From Candidatus Omnitrophota bacterium (GTDB taxonomy: Bacteria > Omnitrophota > Omnitrophia > Omnitrophales > Aquincolibacteriaceae), in the NCBI GenBank assembly GCA_041674705.1, contig JBAYVF010000008.1, positions 1-62,858 of the forward strand: a stretch of 62,858 nt of DNA, given 5' to 3'. Below the pieces are notes generated by a model. It saw only the letters and a program-made list of their open reading frames with translations. It ran no database searches and was not told the DNA's origin. The first letter of the stretch is position 1. Every line of letters begins with the position of its first letter. The position numbers and the translations under genes were made by a program. This document shows, piece after piece, positions 55,001 through 58,396 of this stretch.

Positions 55001-55280
55001 GGCGGTTCCCGCCAGGGAGCGGATGGCTCAGACCATGATCGTCTCGGATCTTGGGGGTCGAGAGAATCTTGGACCGGCGCGCGATTACCTTGCGATGTGG
55101 GCGTCCATGATGAATGTCCGGATGGATAACGATGCCTGGACGCTTCTTAACCAAAAAGTTGCGAACGCTCTGAAAAAGAAGGACGGATTTTTTAAAATGG
55201 ATCGCGATGCCCTGGCAGGCCTTGCCGAGATCTTGAGCCAGATCTTTGTGCAGGAGCGGGTGACCTCAACGGCAGCGTAG
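37080..55280 (+). CDS. Giant multi-enzyme protein G3 (6,066 aa)
   Basis: Uninterrupted 18.2-kb ORF with TTG start and AAGGAG. Signal-like N-terminus, shared N-terminal domain, more than 12 enzyme-like domains separated by R[SA]ExR. Ends ..QERVTSTAA*. Confidence 0.93.
   Translation: [6066 protein letters not shown]
37275..37339. repeat. Heptamer inverted repeat, in frame in the G3 N-terminus
   Basis: CGGGGAA CGGGGAA CGGAGAA ... TTTCCCG TTCCCCG TTTGCCG TTTCCCG. Confidence 0.7.
37350..38760 (+). other. Conserved N-terminal domain of giant proteins (G3 copy)
   Basis: IENAH (H at 37374), FVEGAAE, QREKVF, VTGGFH (38634-38645); colinear with the G2 domain. Confidence 0.8.
38447..38507. repeat. 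GTCAT..ATGAC two-hairpin miniature element, in frame in G3
   Basis: GTCATCCCCGAACGTTTTAATCGGGGATC-AAGGTC-TGGATTCCCGCTTTCGCGGGAATGAC. Confidence 0.85.
39180..40350 (+). other. Radical SAM domain 1 with C-x15-C-x2-C and a SPASM/twitch-like tail
   Basis: Cys at 39291, 39339 and 39348; VTGGGEP, MNTNG; C-terminal LCF...GMCCD...HCIVGC. Confidence 0.75.
40600..41950 (+). other. GT-A glycosyltransferase, mannosyl-/glucosylglycerate synthase-like
   Basis: [14 protein letters not shown], LIDSD (DxD), [36 protein letters not shown], EKIHK. Confidence 0.7.
41990..42660 (+). other. 2H phosphoesterase-like domain
   Basis: Two His motifs, LHTAI (42201) and IHMTL (42468), with typical spacing. Confidence 0.65.
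42700..43740 (+). other. NAD-dependent epimerase/dehydratase (extended SDR) domain
   Basis: [20 protein letters not shown], YELGK (YxxxK), [9 protein letters not shown], RDYI. Confidence 0.85.
43750..44780 (+). other. ROK-family sugar/cyclitol kinase domain
   Basis: [44 protein letters not shown]. Confidence 0.85.
44830..45960 (+). other. Sugar-phosphate cyclase (DHQS superfamily; sedoheptulose-7-P cyclase/EEVS-like)
   Basis: [63 protein letters not shown] (45597), HGEAVAID. Confidence 0.85.
46340..47290 (+). other. HAD-superfamily phosphatase domain 1
   Basis: FDIDGT (46374), FATVRG, K in RKNEAL, FFGDD...GLD. Confidence 0.75.
47620..48820 (+). other. Two tandem type I phosphoribosyltransferase-like domains
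   Basis: [11 protein letters not shown] (47955) in the first; degenerate [11 protein letters not shown] in the second. Separated by RTEVK at 48204. Confidence 0.65.
50420..51150 (+). other. HAD-superfamily phosphatase domain 2
   Basis: ASDWDGS (50448), VITTAA, LVMGDD..PMGND. Confidence 0.7.
51380..52400 (+). other. Radical SAM domain 2 (canonical CxxxCxxC) with a SPASM/twitch-like tail
   Basis: [13 protein letters not shown] (51447-51470), GGGEPTI, LGTNG, LCY...IYPCC...RCRIGC. Confidence 0.85.
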
Positions 55281-55372
55281 CGGTTCTAGTTTTAATTCCT
55301 GCTTTAAGACCGGGTCTTAGAATTCCAAGATTCGGTCTTTTGTATTTGTCCCCCATTGCAGAAGAGGAGATC

Positions 55373-55462
55373 ATGAACTTATCACAAATTGTGATAAGTT
55401 CGGGGATCAAGCACGCTCCCATTCCCGAAAAAAAGAAAGGGCCGATCGGCTTCCATCCGTAG
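55373..55462 (+). pseudogene. 29-codon ORF resembling an internally deleted ORF6N-type DNA-binding protein gene, containing a 25-bp palindrome
   Basis: SD GAGGAG then MNLSQIVISSGIKHAPIPEKKKGPIGFHP*. Palindrome AACTTATCACAA-A-TTGTGATAAGTT at 55376-55400. SQIVISS and K..IGF resemble ORF6N motifs (recollection, not searched). Confidence 0.4.
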
Positions 55463-55513
55463 AAGCCCCGGTCTTTTGCTGCAGTCTCCAGTCTGTGGTC
55501 TCCGGTCTAGTTA

Positions 55514-55522
55514 TGATATAAT
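55514..55522 (+). promoter_or_regulatory. Extended -10 element upstream of nadE (possibly leaderless)
   Basis: TGaTATAAT ends 8 nt before the ATG at 55531; no SD is visible. Confidence 0.5.
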
Positions 55523-55530
55523 TCCGCGTT

Positions 55531-57357
55531 ATGAAACCTCCTCTTAAAATTGCGATTGCGCAAATGAATCCCACTGTCGGAGATTATGCTTCGAATACGG
55601 CGAGGATCCTTCGATGGCTTGATCTGGCTGAGCGGCAAGGCGCGGATCTGATCGTTTTCCCTGAGGCCGCTCTCTGCGGCTATCCTGTCTGGGATCTTGC
55701 CAATAAAAAGCAATTCCTGGCCGAAGGAATGAAGTGTTTGAAAAAGATCGCGGCGGCTACCCGGAAAAAGAATATCGCAGTCGTGGTCGGTTTTATTGAT
55801 GCAGGTACGGCGTACGGAGTAAGGTGTACGGCGAAAACGTCTGACGCCGTACACCGTACACCTTACGCTTTTAATGCTCTCGCCTGGATCGAAAAGGGCA
55901 AGATCCGGACGATTTATCACAAACAATTGTTGCCCACCTATGATGTCTTTTTGGAAGATATCTTCTTTCGGCCCGGGACCGAGACCAAGGTCGTCTCTTT
56001 TCGAGGTTATAAAGTGGGGCTGACGATCTGTGAGGATATGTGGGACGAACGTTATGAGGTCAAGCCCCTTGCTGCGCTTGCGAAAAAGAAAGCCGAGCTT
56101 GTCCTTAATATTTCCGCTTCGCCCTATTACCGGGCTGTTGCCGCGGCCCGCGAAAAGCTTCTTCAAGGCCATGTGCGCCGCTATGGTTTCCCGATCCTTT
56201 ATGTGAATCAGGTCGGGGGGCAGGACGACCTGCTTTTCGACGGCCGCAGTCTTTTTATGGACGCGAAAGGCCGCGTTCTTTTTAAGGCACCCGCGTTTGA
56301 AGAGGGGCTTTTCTTTTTCAGCCATGATCCTTCTCAACCTCCGAGGTTGAAAATCCGACCTCGGAGGTTGGATCCGGTTCGAGAGGTGTATCAGGCGCTT
56401 GTGATGGGCGTGCGGGATTATTTCCGGAAGAATGGGTTCAGGAAAGCTGTGATCGGTTTGAGCGGCGGGATCGATTCCGCTTTGGTTGCGACGATCGCGG
56501 TGGATGCTCTTGGAAAAGAGGCTGTCAAAGGTGTGACGATGCCCGGGCCTTTTTCCTCCGAAGGGAGCTGGAAAGATTCCGAAGAACTCGCGAAGAACCT
56601 TGGCATTGCTTTTGAAGTGAGGCCGATCAAAGAAATGTACCGGACGTTTTTAAAAAAAGGCAAAGCCCCCTCACCTTTGTCCTCTCCCCAGGGGAGAGGG
56701 TTGGGTGAGGGGAATGCTGCTCAGGGAAAGGGGCCGACGCTAGCGATGGAAAATCTTCAGGCGCGGCTACGCGGCATGGAGCTCATGTTCATTTCGAATG
56801 ATGAAGGCCGTTTGGTCCTGACGACCGGAAATAAATCCGAGCTGGCCATGGGGTATTGCACGCTTTATGGCGACATGGCGGGCGGCCTTGCGGTGATCGG
56901 CGATGTTTATAAAACTGATGTCTACCGGCTTGCACGCTACCGGAACACCCTTAAGAAAGTGATCCCGGAGGCCACGCTTACCAAGGCTCCGTCTGCGGAA
57001 CTCCGGCCCAACCAGAAGGATCAGGATTCGTTGCCGTCTTATGATGCGCTGGATGAAGTGCTCGGCCTCTATATTGAAAAAAATCTGAGCCGTGATGAGA
57101 TCATCCGGAAGCTGATGAGGAAAGGAAAGGCTTTTATGTCATTCCCGCATGTTGTAAGCGGGAATCCAGATTCTGGATCCCCGATAAAAGCATTCGGGGA
57201 TGACAAGACAAAGAGAATCTCTCTCTTAGTAAACGAAGTGGTCCGTAAGGTGGACCATAATGAATACAAGCGCCGCCAAACGCCTCCCATTCTGCGTGTA
57301 ACCGAAAAAGCATGGTTCGGACGCCGCATGCCGATCACGAATCGATTTTTGGGGTAG
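55531..57357 (+). CDS. nadE: Glutamine-dependent NAD+ synthetase
   Basis: Nitrilase-type E-K-C triad (FPEAALCGY, YHKQLLP, ICEDMW) plus synthetase motifs GLSGGIDS, NLQARLR, TGNKSE, PSAEL and NEYKRRQ. Carries three in-frame repeat insertions. Confidence 0.97.
   Translation: MKPPLKIAIAQMNPTVGDYASNTARILRWLDLAERQGADLIVFPEAALCGYPVWDLANKKQFLAEGMKCLKKIAAATRKKNIAVVVGFIDAGTAYGVRCTAKTSDAVHRTPYAFNALAWIEKGKIRTIYHKQLLPTYDVFLEDIFFRPGTETKVVSFRGYKVGLTICEDMWDERYEVKPLAALAKKKAELVLNISASPYYRAVAAAREKLLQGHVRRYGFPILYVNQVGGQDDLLFDGRSLFMDAKGRVLFKAPAFEEGLFFFSHDPSQPPRLKIRPRRLDPVREVYQALVMGVRDYFRKNGFRKAVIGLSGGIDSALVATIAVDALGKEAVKGVTMPGPFSSEGSWKDSEELAKNLGIAFEVRPIKEMYRTFLKKGKAPSPLSSPQGRGLGEGNAAQGKGPTLAMENLQARLRGMELMFISNDEGRLVLTTGNKSELAMGYCTLYGDMAGGLAVIGDVYKTDVYRLARYRNTLKKVIPEATLTKAPSAELRPNQKDQDSLPSYDALDEVLGLYIEKNLSRDEIIRKLMRKGKAFMSFPHVVSGNPDSGSPIKAFGDDKTKRISLLVNEVVRKVDHNEYKRRQTPPILRVTEKAWFGRRMPITNRFLG
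55805..55868. repeat. GTACGGC heptamer inverted repeat, in frame in nadE
   Basis: GTACGGC GTACGGA GTAAGGT GTACGGC ... CGCCGTA CACCGTA CACCTTA. Same family as 58323-58390. Confidence 0.8.
56667..56712. repeat. CCCTCTCCC/GGGAGAGGG REP-like element, in frame in nadE
   Basis: CCCCTCACC..CCTCTCCCC-A-GGGGAGAGG..GGTGAGGGG, encoding PSPLSSPQGRGLGEG. Confidence 0.8.
57138..57204. repeat. GTCAT..ATGAC miniature element, in frame in nadE
   Basis: GTCATTCCCGCATGTTGTAAGCGGGAATCCAGATTCTGGATCCCCGATAAAAGCATTCGGGGATGAC. Confidence 0.85.
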
Positions 57358-57399
57358 CAAAAATCGAGACCGCAGACCACAGACTCTAGACTACAGCCA

Positions 57400-57888
57400 A
57401 TGCAAAAGCTTCGAAAAATTTCTGTAAAAACCCGCGCTGGGACTTTTGTGCTTGAAATGAGTTCCAAGGGGCTTTGGGCCGTGCGGTTTCCGGTGTTTTC
57501 GCGCGTCACATCGGGGACACTCACTTTTTCGCGAACAATGAATGTCCCCGCTTTTAAAAAAATCCGGAAGATGAAGCTCGATCTTACGGGTTACACCCCA
57601 TTTCAGGCCAAGGTCTATGCCGCGCTTCGCAAGGTGCGGGCCGGCCAGACCGTGACATATGGCGAGCTTGCAAGGCGAGCAGGATATCCCGGCGCGGCTC
57701 GTGCCGTCGGAAGCGCCATGAAAAAGAACCGCCTTCCGATCATCGTCCCGTGTCACCGGGTCCTTCCCGCGGTGGGTGGGCTTGGGGAATATTCGGCAGG
57801 GAAGAAGTGGAAGCGGTGGTTGTTGGAATATGAATTAAAGCAGGATGGTGGAGGGAGGATGGAGCGAAATAGAAAAGCAAAGGCTTGA
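57400..57888 (+). CDS. ogt: Methylated-DNA-[protein]-cysteine S-methyltransferase
   Basis: TPFQAKVYAALRKV..GQTVTYGELA...AARAVGSAM..N.LPIIVPCHRV (PCHR active site). Confidence 0.93.
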   Translation: MQKLRKISVKTRAGTFVLEMSSKGLWAVRFPVFSRVTSGTLTFSRTMNVPAFKKIRKMKLDLTGYTPFQAKVYAALRKVRAGQTVTYGELARRAGYPGAARAVGSAMKKNRLPIIVPCHRVLPAVGGLGEYSAGKKWKRWLLEYELKQDGGGRMERNRKAKA

Positions 57889-57911
57889 CGCCATCCACCA
57901 TCCGTCATCCA
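57843..57911. repeat. GGATGG heptamer inverted repeat overlapping the ogt stop
   Basis: GGATGGT GGAGGGA GGATGGA ... CCATCCA CCATCCG TCATCCA. Confidence 0.65.
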
Positions 57912-57986
57912 ATACGATTAAGTGCCTTTGTGCTCGTGTAACGCCATGCTATAATGCCGAAACTTTTTTGAGGAAAGGGAGTCAAA

Positions 57987-58319
57987 TTGCAGCCTAAAAA
58001 GATCGCCGAATTGTTAAGAACGCTTGCGGAAGACAAGAAGGCCGAAGAACCGGTCCTTCTGGATATTTCCAAGCAGTCCAGCATTGCGCATTATTTCCTG
58101 ATCTGTCACGGGAATAGCGACCGCCATGTGAAGTCCATTGCGATGCATCTGATGGATGAAATGAAGCAGAAGAAGATGCAAGCCTTCCACGTCGAGGGCC
58201 TGGTGGAAGGGAAATGGGTGCTTCTCGACTTCGGACCTGTGATCGCCCATATCTTCTATCATGAAACCCGAGAATTCTACGGCCTCGAGCGGCTGTGGGG
58301 AGAAGCGAAGAAAATATAA
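57987..58319 (+). CDS. rsfS: Ribosome silencing factor RsfS (Iojap)
   Basis: DKKAEEPVLLDI, YFLICHGNSDRHVKSIA, WVLLDFGPVIAHIF..ETREFYGLERLW; SD AGGGAG; TGCTATAAT upstream. Confidence 0.95.
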   Translation: MQPKKIAELLRTLAEDKKAEEPVLLDISKQSSIAHYFLICHGNSDRHVKSIAMHLMDEMKQKKMQAFHVEGLVEGKWVLLDFGPVIAHIFYHETREFYGLERLWGEAKKI

Positions 58320-58322
58320 AGA

Positions 58323-58390
58323 GTACTGCGTACGGAGTACGGCGTACGGCGAAAAAAATACGCCGTACGCGTGACGCCTTCCGCCGTACG
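58323..58390. repeat. GTACGGC heptamer inverted repeat, intergenic rsfS-argS
   Basis: GTACTGC GTACGGA GTACGGC GTACGGC GAAAA... CGCCGTA CGCGTGA CGCCTTC CGCCGTA. Confidence 0.8.
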
Positions 58391-58396
58391 AGTCTT

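Noticed and set aside
58295-58396. Longer argS start at 58295
   Set aside because: It overlaps rsfS, and the extra residues are a translation of the GTACGGC repeat.
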